A stretch of 64,000 bases of DNA from Octopus sinensis (lineage: Eukaryota): assembly GCF_006345805.1 (NCBI RefSeq), contig NC_043013.1, positions 52,700,001-52,764,000 on the forward strand. Direction: 5' to 3'. The position numbers and the translations under genes were made by a program. The notes beneath the pieces were generated by a model. That model made no database searches and was not told the DNA's origin. It saw only the letters and a list, made by a program, of their open reading frames with translations. The first letter of the stretch is position 1; each line of letters opens with the position of its first letter. Shown piece after piece: positions 13,621-28,689 of the stretch.

Positions 13621-14159
13621 TTAGAGACGAACAAGAGGTTATTTAAAATCACAGAAACAAAATTCTCATTTCAGTGAAATTATCTTCCTTTCCCAGGAGC
13701 GCAAGGCAATCGCACGGAGGCGTACGATAAACTACTAAAGCCTATTATATTTACGCAACACTTCCGTACAGTATTCTATAAAACTGTCGGTCACTGAGGT
13801 TTTCTTTTCATTTAATCAATGTACGAAGACAATTTATTCAGCTATTCACTGAACAAGTTGTCTTCATACATTCATCCAAGTATCATATTCAAAAGTAGTT
13901 ATTTAGTAACCAACCGCACCACTAGCTGTCGTTACTGTCGCTGGAGTTATTTGAAATCAATAGAAACTTATGTTGCGTTTAATACTAACAATATGTTTGA
14001 TTACAGAGAAATAGGTGACGATGCATAATGTATAATCTATAGATTTGATTTCAAAATGTTATTTTAAGTCGTTATCTGCGAACTGGTCATATACTTTGTA
14101 ACATTCGTCATGCTACTATTATTATTATCATTATTATTATTACTAGTATTTTCTGGCAG

Positions 14160-14538
14160 TGCGCAGGAGTGGCTGTGTGGTAAGTAGCATGCTTACCAAC
14201 CACATGGTCATGGGTTCATTCCCACTGCGTGGCACCTTGGGTGAGTGTCTTCTACCATACCCTCGGGCCGACCAAAGCCTTGTGAGTGGATTTGGTAAGA
14301 AGCCCGTCGTATATATATATATATATATATGTGTATGTGTGTGTATATGTTTGTGTGTCTGTGTTTGTGTGTGTGTGTTTCCTTCCCTGTAACGTAGCGG
14401 TCCGGCAAAAGAGACCGATAGAATAAGTACTAGGCTAACAAAGAATAAGTCCTGGGGTCGATTTGCTCGACTAAATGCGGTGCTCCAGCATGGCCGCAGT
14501 CAAATGACTGAAACAAGTATAAGTAAAAGACTAAAGAG
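14160..14538 (+). mobile_element. tRNA-derived SINE family 1 (near full length)
   Basis: Head GCGCAGGAGTGGCTGTGTGGTAAG (A box) and GGGTTCATTCCC (B box), an internal (TA)(TG) microsatellite, and tail CCAGCATGGCCGCAGTCAAATGACTGAAACAAG. Confidence 0.88.
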
Positions 14539-14559
14539 TGCGATGGTAGAATCGTCAAA

Positions 14560-14997
14560 CAAAATGGTGAGCATTATTTAATATGGATCTTTATTTTCTG
14601 TATTCATATCTCGCCGAGGTCCACTTTACCTGGTTCTTATTTTATCGACCCCGAAACAATAAAAGGTAAAGTCGATCGATGCGGCTTTTGAAATCAGAAT
14701 GTAACAACAGGCGAAATGCCGCTAAGTATTTCACCCGGTGTGCCAAAGATTCTGCCACCTCCAGGACTTAACAAACAACAACAACAATAATAACAATGGT
14801 TTCAGATTTTGCCACAAGGGCAGCAGTTTTGCGGAGGAGGAGATGAGTTGATTACATCGACTCCAGTATTCAACTGCTACTTATTACCTCGATCTCGAAA
14901 GGATGAAAGGCAAAGTCGACCTCGCCGGAATTTGAACGGCAGACGAAATACCGCTAAGCATTTCGCCCGGCGTGCTACCAATTCTGCCTGCTCGCCA
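14560..14997 (-). mobile_element. Two partial SINE family 2 copies
   Basis: AAAGTCGACCTCGCCGGAATTTGAAC..GAAATACCGCTAAGCATTTCGCCCGGCGTGCTA matches the 13.1-13.6 kb copies. Confidence 0.75.
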
Positions 14998-15000
14998 CCT

Positions 15001-15131
<131 letters not shown>

Positions 15132-15189
15132 TCACCATTGTTGTTAGTGATTGTTAATGATACCCATCACACAGATACTACGGAAAGTG

Positions 15190-15880
15190 ACATCGGGGTA
15201 AACCTTGAAAAGTGGAGGAAAATTGAATCATCTGTTATTTATGGATGACTTAAAATTGCTTGGAAAGACCGGGCGTGAAATAAATGGCCGTGTTTCATCC
15301 GTGCAGATCTTCAGATATAAGGATATTGAAATGGAATTTGGGACTAAAAAGTGTGGTATGCTTATAATACAAAGGGGCAAATGGTGAGAAAATCAAGGAT
15401 TTTGAGACTAATGAATAGAGATGTTTGGGGATTTTGGAATGCGACAGAATCAAGGAATGTGAATTGAAGGAAAGCATTAGGCGAGAATATCTCTGAAGAA
15501 CCAAGTGAATTATGGAAAGTAGACTGAATGGAAATAACAAAATTAGGGCAATGGGCACAAACAATGGTCGTTTCCTTAATGCGATATGGCGCAGGTGTTG
15601 TTAGGTGGAAATGGACAGGAAAGCTAGAAAAGTGATGGCAATTAACAAAGAACTACACCCCAAAAGCGATACTGACAGACTGGATGTGTCTAGAAAGAGT
15701 GGGGAAGAGGTCTTACAGTATGGAAGATCTGTGTTGTGAACGAGAAAAGCCTGGGATGGTTCATTAAACAGCAGGGTGAATCCCTGCTTGCCGCTGTTAG
15801 AATCAATAATACAATACCTATCGGAAATGTGATGCCTCCACAAACATTTAAGAAAAAAGTTGAAGGAGAAAGAGTGCATC
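15190..15880 (+). mobile_element. Degenerate R4/Dong-like LINE RT fragment
   Basis: LNHLLFMDDLKLLGK..DIEMEFGTKKCGML..HPKSDTDRLDVSRKSG, similar to the intact ORF at 19962-21431. It is preceded by (TAA)n. Confidence 0.75.
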
Positions 15881-15883
15881 GGA

Positions 15884-16305
15884 AAACTTAATTTACGTTA
15901 CAACATGCGCAGGGTGCAATATATTGGCCATACAAAAAACAGCCTACGAAAAAGGATGGCAGTGCATAAATCCCAAATTAGGAATACCGAATACAGGAAA
16001 ATACTTGTCAGCGGCCACAGATGTGCATCAAATAAAAATCCAAAATTCACAGCTTTCCCACTTTACCAATTCAATAACAACGTAATTTTCATTCAACGTC
16101 ATAACAAAGAACTCCATTTCATTAGAAAATTCGGACCAAGTCTAAACACCCTAGGCCAGGAACATTAAAACCATATATTGGTTATCCAAAAAAGAAAAAA
16201 AGGAATTCTACAACTCCAACAACTACTAACACTGCCGCCACGATCACTACTACTACAAACAACGGGTCTCTGCTACTGCTGCTATTACAGCCAACGGTCA
16301 CTTCC

Positions 16306-16342
<37 letters not shown>

Positions 16343-16650
16343 ATACTACTACTACAAATACTACTGCTACTACTACTACTACAGCCAATGAACTGCAGCT
16401 ACAACTCCAAACACCACCACCACGGTCACTACTACTACTACTACTACTGCTATTACGACCAGCGACCACTTTCACGATTACAGCCAACGATTCTAGTCAA
16501 CACACAAGACAGCCATTATGTTACCCCCACGTGGACTCCGTTGAGACTAGTAAGAAACAATTATGAAATGTTTTATTACACTTAACTTTTTAAAATATTT
16601 TTGATAAGGTTCTTCTTTTCAAGAAGAACCGAAACATGTAAAATCTAAAA
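15884..16650 (+). mobile_element. 3' part of a Penelope-like element: GIY-YIG endonuclease fragment plus pLTR-like tail with a hammerhead motif
   Basis: NLIYVTTCAGC/QYIGHTKNSLRKRMAVHKSQIR..HNKELHFIRKFGPSLN is GIY-YIG-like, with a frameshift. A hammerhead-like core lies at 16597-16644. Confidence 0.75.
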
Positions 16651-16655
16651 TCTCT

Positions 16656-16733
16656 AAGGTGCCACGCATTGGGACTGAACCCGGAACCATGTCGTTGGCA
16701 AGCAAGCTACTTACCACACAGCCACTCCTGCGC
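16656..16733 (-). mobile_element. Head fragment of SINE family 1, inverted relative to the adjacent copy
   Basis: The reverse complement reads GCGCAGGAGTGGCTGTGTGGTAAG..CCGGGTTCAGTCCCAATGCGTGGCACCTT. Confidence 0.85.
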
Positions 16734-16735
16734 AC

Positions 16736-16784
<49 letters not shown>

Positions 16785-16815
16785 GTGTGTGTGTGTGTGT
16801 GCCTAATGGCCTATA

Positions 16816-17180
16816 GACGCAGATGTGGCTGTGTGGTAAGAAGCTTGCTTCCCAACCACAGGATTCCGGGCTCAGTCCTACTGCGTGGTACCTTGGGCAA
16901 GTGCCTTCTATAATAGCCTCGGGCCGACCAATGCCTTGTGAAATGATTTGGTAGACGGAAACTCAAAGAAGCCCCTCACATAAACATATATGTATATGTT
17001 TGTGTGTTTATGTTAGCATGCTTACGTCCCCATTACTTAGCAGTTTGGTATAAGTGACCGATAGAATAAGTACTGGGCTTACAAAGAACACGTCCTGGAA
17101 GTCGATTTGTTCGACTAAAAGTGGTGCTCCAGCATGGCCGCAGTTAAATGACAGAAACAAATGATAGAATAAAAGAAAAG
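16816..17180 (+). mobile_element. SINE family 1
   Basis: Same head, core and tail as 14160-14538. Confidence 0.85.
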
Positions 17181-17258
17181 AACACACACACACACACACA
17201 CGCGCGAACACACGCACACACAATGAGAGGCATCCTATAACAGTACTCTTGAGTAAAG

Positions 17259-17404
17259 ATTATTTGCCAGTATGACATGGCAGTCCTGGTTTAGGACGAA
17301 TGCTACTGTTGTTTAGTCGCAGGAACAGCGTCGATATTTCCTGTGGCTAAATAACAGTAACATTTGTCCTAAACCAGGACTGCCACGTTATATTGGCAAA
17401 TAAT
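17259..17404. repeat. ~65-bp imperfect inverted repeat (MITE-like hairpin)
   Basis: TTTGCCAGTATGACATGGCAGTCCTGGTTTAGGAC.. pairs with ..GTCCTAAACCAGGACTGCCACGTTATATTGGCAAA across a loop of about 12 nt. Confidence 0.85.
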
Positions 17405-17529
17405 ATATATGTATATCTATCTATCTATCTCTCTCTCTATATATATATGTGTGTGTGTGTGAGAGAGAGTGTGTATAGAGAGAGAGAGAGATAAATATAT
17501 ATATGTATATCTAAATATATGTATGTATG

Positions 17530-17564
<35 letters not shown>

Positions 17565-18599
17565 GCGCATATATATATGTATACAGAAGAGTGGGAAGGG
17601 AGAGAAAGAGAGAGAACAAATGAAAAGTGTAAGTTCTTTTCAAATGACATTGATAGTTTGTTTATGAGTTTTGAAATTTTATTTCTCTGCTTTGATCCAT
17701 GGTTTTTAGGTTCGATAAACTTCCACATACCCGACTACGATTCTTCAACATTTCCTATTGTCGCTGCTTATATTCTTAGAATACATTGCAATACTTCATT
17801 GCATTCCTAGAATCCGAATTCACGTAGCGAGAATATTTTGAATTTAGATTATACAATTCTTGTATTAACGTGTGTACGGTCTATCATATTTTTCACAAAG
17901 CAGGGAACCCCTCGACTTGCTAGAAATAATAACTAAATTCTTGTAAATCGGTCATCGTTGTCAAAATATAAAAATATAACAGATTTTAGCCTGGCTGGCA
18001 TGCGACTAAACGTCCACAATATAACATTGTTGTTCATCTCGGATAGTGAAGCGTTTAGACTTGTTGGTTGTGACGGTGAAACATCGAGTTATAATGAAAT
18101 ATTGCAGTATTTGAATTCATTTTGCAGGTTTTGATTTCTAATCGTCATCGAGAAGAATCTAGTTTGTCTTCTAATTTTTTTTCCCGGTATGGATAAATAA
18201 ATACTAATATAATACAACGACAGTATCAGACAAATATACCCGAATATTACAGCACACACACACACACATATACGCGCGCCACGCACATACACACACATTC
18301 ACACACTCAAACTTACAATAAAATTCAATATTTGCAAGTTACTAACTTCATACATCGTTCTTTAAAAAAATTCAATTTTTAATAAAAATTATTCAAGCAA
18401 AATTATTGAGGTAGAAATGCCAATAATATGAATATTAATTTTATCAAAATTCACATAATTTTATTTAATATCGAATCTGCAAGTCATATTAATTTGATTT
18501 TTAAAATTATATTAGTTTTTTATTGAAGCAGTAAGTCAATGTGGGAAATAAGAACGAGTATAATCATTAGTATTGGTATCAGCATATTACTGGTATTAA

Positions 18600-18910
18600 A
18601 CGCCTGTGAAATGGAAAGTTAATTGACAACATAATACTCGGGAAACTGTGGATAGAATAAATGCAGGGCAACACCTATGCTAGCAGTAAAGGTTACGTAT
18701 AGAAATTTGGACATCACAGAAATGATTAGAAGAATCAGGAAGTGCATCTTGGAGGCTGCAGAGAAAGCATTTGGATGGCTCTAGGTAAAACGTGATGTGG
18801 AATAGGGTCAATAAAATACCACGTGAGCACGGACCAAGGCTTGATCAACTTTGGCCGGGTCACCCAGAAAAGGTTAGCTAATTTTGTAAATCCCAAACAT
18901 CCAGTGACTA
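18600..18910 (+). mobile_element. Possible 3' end of a degenerate RLE-type non-LTR element
   Basis: Translation ITEMIRRIRKCILEAAEKAFGWL*VKRD resembles the C-terminal AE.AS.WLW.KR motif of RLE LINEs. The match is short. Confidence 0.4.
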
Positions 18911-18915
18911 CGAAA

Positions 18916-19277
18916 TCTCTCTATATATAAAGCTGAAGTTGCAACTAACACTATCTCCTCTGAGACCCTGTAGCGCAAGTTGACCAAAATTGAGAGTATG
19001 ATAGAAGTCTTGCCCTTCCTTCCGTAGAAGAAAAATTCAAATCGGACCATGTTAACACCAAAAATTATTTACATCAAAACGGTGCTTTTTTTCTATGAAA
19101 ATCCCTATTTTTTACGATTTTTGGACTGCTGTGTCGCCATTTTTCGGTGTATTTCAACCAGAAAAATGTTCAATTAAAGAGAATAACAAGCTACATAATG
19201 CAAAATTTTTTACTTTTGAAAAATTCCAATTCTAAAGGGTCAAAACAAACTCGAGCAACGCCGGGCGATACCCCTAG
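18916..19277 (+). mobile_element. Non-autonomous Helitron (362 bp), related to the element ending at 548
   Basis: Starts TCTCTCTATATATAAAG after an A and ends with the degenerate hairpin CTCGAGCAACGCCGGG plus CTAG (19274-19277) before a T, i.e. an A|T target site. It shares GCAACGCCGGGC with 526-537. Confidence 0.8.
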
Positions 19278-19748
19278 TACAAAGCTAATGATGAGTCCCG
19301 GTAAAGTATTTGCAAATGTATGGAAAAGTAGATAAAACAGAGATACGCTTCGAATAAAAACTTTCTTTTTTTTCAGTTTCCCTCTTTCTCTCTTGCACTT
19401 TTAGCATTCTCTCCTCCCAGGATACAGTTAGGAAATAGGAATAAAATGACGTCAGAAACTAAGATGATATCGGGTTTCAAATAGATTAGGTGATTTATGA
19501 TGGAAATTTCAGCTGCCTCTCGTCATCCAGGAAAATAATGCGTCAGATGCGTCTTGACTGGGCCTTTCCTTCAGCCTCCCTCCCTCCATCATCTTCCTGG
19601 TTGCAGATAGAGATTTCTGCAGTCATTGGTCTCGATGCTGATTGTTTCGATAGCCTTCAGGACTTGATCACGACTCTAACAATGTATCCCTGGTTCGATT
19701 GTTAGAGCAGCTCATTATTAATATTATTATTATTATTATTATTATTCT

Positions 19749-21623
<1,875 letters not shown>

Positions 21624-21911
21624 TATTATTATTATTATTATCTTCCAGATGGTCTACAAAATAAGATTCCCTCCATTGTCTCCTTAAATTTCACCCAAAC
21701 GTTTCGTTTCACCATCACCGATGTCTTTCTTGATCATCTTACCACCATTAGGCCCAATCCCCAGCCCTCTTCTCACCATGTACGAGTTGTCTCTTTACTT
21801 CTACTTGCTGCATCATATCCGGATTTATGGACTGTCCAAGTCCGCACCGTTGTGCCACACTTCCAAGAGTTCGGTCTTGTGTTTTACTTTAACTGCAGAT
21901 TAGCCTTATAT

Positions 21912-22290
21912 GTATGTATGTTGTTCAAATGCCGGACGCACAACTCTCCAAGAGACCGTTTTACAGCGAACTGGCGGAAGGTAAGTTCACACAATTGGGC
22001 AGAAAAAGGGCTCAAGAATACACTCAAAGCCTCACTAAAAAGCTTTGAGATTAACTAGATTACCTGAAAAGGCAAGCGCAAGTGCACCCTGTCAACTAAA
22101 GCTGCACCAACAGAGGAACGACCTCTTACGAACAGAACAGAATTGCTGATATACTCCTCAAGCCAACCACGCAAGCTCAGATCGAAATTTTCGCCTTCCG
22201 TCTCAGCTGACCACCAGTGCCTGACCTGCAGTAGAACCTTCTGAGTACGCATCGGACTGATTGGCTACAGCCGGACACACATTACCTAGA
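21912..22290 (+). mobile_element. Degenerate RTE(BovB)-like LINE 3' fragment
   Basis: VVQMPDAQLSKRPFYSELAEG../LKASLKSFEIN../CLTCSRTF*VRIGLIGYSRTH follows the RTE ORF2 C-terminal pattern. Confidence 0.7.
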
Positions 22291-22964
22291 CTTTTCCTCC
22301 CAAGGGATATCCTTGGTCATGGTGGACAAGATGGACGAACTAATATCAACCAATGTCTCTATGTGCGTATCTATGGGCCTATGTCTCTAAATATGATACA
22401 GATATCAACATAAACACATTTACATTCGTAGATGAAAGACTACTGACTCGTGAGACCTTCGTGCCGAACTGCTTTCAGCCATTGTACCAATAAACTTACC
22501 AATTTAAACATTTTTGTGTGTATATTCAGCGATATATGTATATACATGCTTTCATGCACGTAGTCATACATTCATACATAACTGCACACACATAGGCATA
22601 TAGCTGTGTATAAACCGACAAACACACACACACGAACACACACATATGTATTTATACACAGCCATATACATACGCATGTATGTGTATGTATATATATATA
22701 TATATATGTGTGTGTGCGTGCGTGTGTATGCGTATACATATTTATTTATACCTGTATATATATATATATTATATATATATATATAAGTATATATATACAT
22801 AACTATATATATGTATATAGATATATATACATCAATAACTATATACATATATATAAGTATATATATATATATATATATACTTATAAATATGTGTATATAT
22901 ATATATATTTACACACACATATATGTAATGTATTTTATGAGTATATATATATTATATATATTAT

Positions 22965-22995
<31 letters not shown>

Positions 22996-23551
22996 TATAT
23001 ATAATATATATATATATATATATATGTGTGTGTATGTATATATATACATGTATATATACACGTGTCTAGATAGATAGATAAATAGATAGATATCTCGCAA
23101 TGGGGCGGATTAAATTCTCTTTTTATGGTCCCAATTATGGAATTCTGAAAATAAAAACCATTTCTACATTCATTTTTTTCCATAGCATAGTGGGCCATTG
23201 TGTCGTTAATAATCCTATTTCAAGCTGGTGGGTCACGTTATATTTTATATTACTTCATAATATTATTTTCACATTTGAATATAATATCATTTGACACGTG
23301 ATATCATATTCCCTGTTATCAATCACGCTTTTATTCGTATCTGGAACGTTGCTATATTGTTCTTCTTTGTCCCGTTATAATCCCCTCTTAATCTATCCGC
23401 ACCCCACTACCCACCCCTCATTCACTCTCTCTCTCTTTTTCTCTTTATGTACATCCCTAACTCATCTTCATTTTCATATTCCCAACACCTACAATTGCAC
23501 AATGAAGGGATAACCAATATGCATACACATATATATATATGTGTATATATC

Positions 23552-23583
<32 letters not shown>

Positions 23584-24967
23584 CTATATAATATATATAT
23601 TATATGTGTTGTTGTTTGTGTGTGGTGTGTGTGTGTGTAGTGTGTGTATGTATATATATATATGTGGTGTGGTGTGTGTGTGTGTATATATATACATAAA
23701 TATATGTATGTATATATATATATATATACATAATGTACGCCTAGAAACACACGCAATCTCAAAGATATGAATTTCTGGGTTACTTCAATCACAGAGAGAT
23801 GCGTTTAACCATATATGACATGAATATACTATATGAATAGACTTACTGATGTACAAACATTCTATAGTACTGTTGTACTATTTCATATATCTGCACAAAC
23901 AATTCAAGAGATTGAATGGTCTCCATATAATGAGTGTCGGTTCCCCTACGGTAAGATTTTATCACAACCCACCCTTCGGTCTAACGTCCTTAAGAATTGA
24001 TTTACTTCAAGTTGCATTTATAAACAAACCGCTCGCTGCGCCTTCCATCCACTCGTGAACTGGTCGAAGAAAATATGATGCGATGACGTTTATTGTTGTC
24101 GTCGGTGTCATTGTTGCTGTTCCTGTTTTTATCTTTTATTTTATGTCCAACCTTAATAAAAAGTATGATGTGGCCAAACATAGACCTATATACAGTCTCT
24201 GGAATTGCTAGATATAACAGCCAAATTTATTTCAACTTACCATATTTAAACATTACAAACTATAATACCTATGGCTGGAACTCCTTTGTCAATAAGAAGT
24301 GACCAAGGACAAACCAAAACAAACAGTCGTAATGACTGGGTTGCTCACATCCAATAACTTGAGTGGATGATATTGCTTTTAGTTGTTGGCACAAGGCAAG
24401 TGATTTATGTATACGTGCATACACACCCACCCACACACATACAAAAAATGTCTAATCTTTCTCTGATGAGGTTTTATCAAGACTAGAAAACCAGAACATC
24501 GACCTTTCAAATCCAGCCAACTCACTCGTGTAACAATGATATTTACCTTTGACAAGAACACTCCGATATCTTGTTAATTAAAAGCAAACACACACGCATA
24601 TATGTATGTGTGTGTGCGTGTATGTGTGTGTGTGTATGCACGTATACATAAATATATGTATACATAAACGTGTGTAGATATATATATATATATATATGTA
24701 CGTATGTATGAAATATGTATTTTCGTATATGTATGAGTGTATATATCGATTTTTCTATCGTTCCGAGTATACACTCATTACCCTGTACATACTGATAACT
24801 CGTTGAAAAACTTCACAGAAATATATACCACATTATACATTCATTTTCCCATAAGCTCCTATATCATTTCTTCAATCTCATACATAAATGAATAACAATA
24901 TATATGCGTGTTTGTGTGTGTGTGTTGTGTGTGTGTGTGTGTGTGTGTGCATATATACATATATGTG

Positions 24968-25016
<49 letters not shown>

Positions 25017-26756
25017 ATGTGATTTGTGTTGCTCTTTTTGTATAATTTTTGTGTATGGGCGTGTATGGGCGTGGATGGATAGTTTTTCTTTGTGTATACC
25101 TGTATACATGTGTATGCGCACGTGTTTTTATGGAGTGTGTCTGTTACGTGCAATACGAGTGTAAAATACAACCGATGTTGATGGCGCGATATTTGTGTGT
25201 GTATGTGTGTATGCATGTGTATGTATGTGTGTGTGTCTGTGTGTGCGTGATAAAATATGTGGTGTATATTTATGTCTATGTTTGTGTGTATGAATGTATG
25301 AGTAATTGAAAAGATACTGTATTGATTTCCAGTTCTCAATCGTGAGTTTTTGTGGTTTTCTTTTTCTGCCGAAATACTTTATCGCTTCGTCATTTCATCC
25401 ATCTATTTTTTCACAATTACCTGTTTCGATGCTTTTTCTTTCTTTAATTTCCTCGTATATTTCATTTTTATTTTTGTCGCTAATACTATTTTTTTTATGC
25501 TTTCTTTCTCTTTATAATTATCGATTTAATTGTAAATAGAAGAGTTCATACAAGAACAGATTTCAATAAGTTTATTTGGCGTGAGAAATAAAGAATGTAA
25601 CGTTTCGGTAACCAGCTCTTCGTCTTTGAGACTGAAGAAAACACAGGAAATTGGTGTTGTTGCTTCGGTTGTAAGTTAGAAACAGTTTTGTAATTCTCAA
25701 TCAAAATAACCACACCTTTTTCTCTCCCTTCGTCATTCTTAAAGAGGAAGTGCTTGGTACCGAATTCCAATATTCGTAATTATCGGCATGTAACTCTTTC
25801 ATGCACTCATAAATTAATTATTGATAGTACGGGCCATGAAAAGTTTCTTTGTATTTCAGGAGTGGGTGTGTGATAAGAATTTTAATTCGTTATCACAGGG
25901 TTTCGGTCCTACTGCGAGGTACCTTGGGTTTCTTCCACTATAGCCTCGAGCTAACCAAAGACTTGTCAATGGAATTCGTTGACAGAAACTGAAAGAAAGC
26001 CATCGTATGCGTGCGTGTGTGTGCAATTCATTAACCAATTCTCTCCATCAAATCGACGTTGCCCGAGCAGGTGCACAGTGTCCCACGCGTCAGGTGTCGA
26101 AAGGTTTGCAGAATAAAGGGCGATGAAATGTTTAGCTGAAGAACACAACGCACGACCCAGCCTCGGAATTAGAAACAAGATCTCTCAATTGGGAGTGCAG
26201 TATGAGTACCACTTGGCCATACGTCTTCATAAATAAATAAATAATAATGATAATAATAATAATAGTAATAGTAATAATAATAATAATAACAACAACAACA
26301 ACAACAACAACAATAATGATAATCGTCATCATCGTCGTCATCATCATCATCATCATAATCATCATCATCCTCAAGTGAGCAAAAGTAAAGCTGGAAAGAA
26401 ACAAGCCACAAGTCATTATTAATATCATACTAATGTTGAGGTATTATTGGGATTAAAATATAGGATTATAGATAATCCAGAAAGAAACGATTAAATTCAA
26501 CTAGACTGCAATTTGGAATCGAAACAGTTTTCTCTCCTAGTTGTCTTCCCCCTCTTTTCTACTCTCCGGATTCTTTCCTCTATCTCTCTATCAATCATAC
26601 TCACCCGCACACCCGCACACACACACACGCACATACACACACACCACACACACACACAATTTCGAAATTTCATATACATATATATTGGAATATATCAATG
26701 TCTACACTTTTATATATGTGATATAGAGAATAAAATAGAATAGAATGGACTGGAAC

Positions 26757-26850
<94 letters not shown>

Positions 26851-27828
26851 GTGTCTTTATTGGCCACACAGGGCTGCACACAGATGGGACAAGTTACGAG
26901 GTAGAGTTTTTCTTTTGGGGGATGAAAAAAACAAAAAAACAAAAAAACAAAAGAAACAAAAAAAGGTGGCGTAGGTTTTCGATCAAAAGGGATCGTAAAA
27001 GGGAGAAAAAAGAACAAAAAAGAAAAACAGAAAAAAAAGAAGAATAGGAAAGGAACAAAAGAAAAGAGTAATGAAAAAAGAAGAAAAAAAGGGGAAAAAA
27101 GGGGAAGAGGAAAAAAAACGATCAATAGGGATCGTGTATCACAGTGTTATGATGTATGGTATAAAGGGGAAAGCAAGTAAGGTTTATCCGTGGGAAGAAA
27201 AGCCTACGAAAAAGACCACGGTAACCTTGGTCAATATTGTTATATGTTACCACATTTGTTTGCAAGTGGGTAACCCTCTGTTTTCAATTTCTGGGTTCAT
27301 AGGATTATGCTCAAGGTGTCTTCGTCATTCATACGTGCCATCCTTGCTGCATTCACCCATCTTTTTTTAAAACATTCGCTAGACAAAACTTGCCTCTCTA
27401 CTCTCACTTTCCTTTTCAAGTGGTACTTGAAGAGGTTGATGAGAGATTGACCAGAGAGGAAAGTGTTTGTCTCCAATCCTTTCAGACGCGTCCACCAGAT
27501 ACATTCTTTCGCCATAGCCACAAGGATTATGAAAATAGCTCTTCCTTCCCGTTTGAAGGAAGGAGGCGTGACAATATTGACGATAGACTCAGCTGATAAA
27601 CCGACTCGTCCCACACGTGACAGCAGTTGTTCTACATAAGCCCACAGGTCGGAAATTGTTGGACACTGCATGAGTGCGTGCAGAACGGTTTCGTCGCTCT
27701 GACTGCATTATGGGCAGGTCGGCCCCGTGTTTCTCGAGCCGTGTCTGTAGAGCTTATCCCGATCGGGTAGCGCTTCTCGGTAGCACTGCCAGGCCAGGGA
27801 TCTCTGGAAGTTGTCCATGGGCCCTGAG
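26851..27828 (-). mobile_element. 5'-truncated Tx1/L1-clade LINE (ORF2 C-terminus + 3' UTR) inserted in (GATA)n
   Basis: [55 protein letters not shown] (zf-RVT and C-terminus). The 3' end is GCCCTGTGTGGCCAATAAAGACAC, and (AGAT)n lies on both flanks. Confidence 0.85.
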
Positions 27829-27888
27829 GTAGATAGATTGATAGATCGATAGATAGGTAGACAGACAGATAGATAGATAGATGAATAG

Positions 27889-27923
<35 letters not shown>

Positions 27924-27944
27924 CAGATAGACAGATAGATAGAC

Positions 27945-27998
<54 letters not shown>

Positions 27999-28204
27999 TG
28001 TGATGAATTGATAGATAGAGAGAGAGCTGTAGATGTACACATGCCCATCACACATGCACATATACACCACACGCATACATATGTACATGGAGAAGGAATA
28101 AAAGATCCATACACTCAGGCACAAAGCACACATATACATATATACACACATACATATATACACACATACATATATACATACATACATACACACACATACA
28201 TATA

Positions 28205-28598
28205 GGCGTATGAGTGGCTGTGGTAAGTAGCCTGCTTACCAACCACACGGTTCCGGGTTCAGTCCCACTGCGTGGCACCTTGGGTAACTGTCTTCTACTA
28301 TAGCCTCAGGCCAACCAAAGCCTTGTGAGTGGATTTGGTAGACGGAAACTGGAAGAAGCCTGTCGTATATATATATATGTATATATATGTGTGTGTGTGT
28401 TCGTGTGTCTGTGTTTGTCCCCCCATACCGATACTGGTATGTTTAAGTCCCCGTTACTTAGCGGTTCAGCAAAAGAGACCGATAGAATAAGTACTAGGCT
28501 TACAAAGAATAAGACCTGAGGTCGATTTGCTCGACTAAAAGGCGGTGCTCCAGTATGGCCGCAGTCAAATGACTGAAACAAGTAAAAAAGAAAAAAAG
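28205..28598 (+). mobile_element. SINE family 1
   Basis: Head, core and tail as in the other copies. Confidence 0.88.
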
Positions 28599-28689
28599 AA
28601 ATATGTGTTTGCGTGTTTACTTTCTCAGTGTAGGGGACTAAATAGACATAAAACATAAAAAGAGGGAAATAACTTGAAATGCCTTAAAA

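Noticed and set aside
24463-24500. CTGATGA-GGTTTT..AAAACC-AGAAC hammerhead-like motif
   Set aside because: The GAAA core is altered and I find no convincing stem I or III. At best it is a decayed copy.
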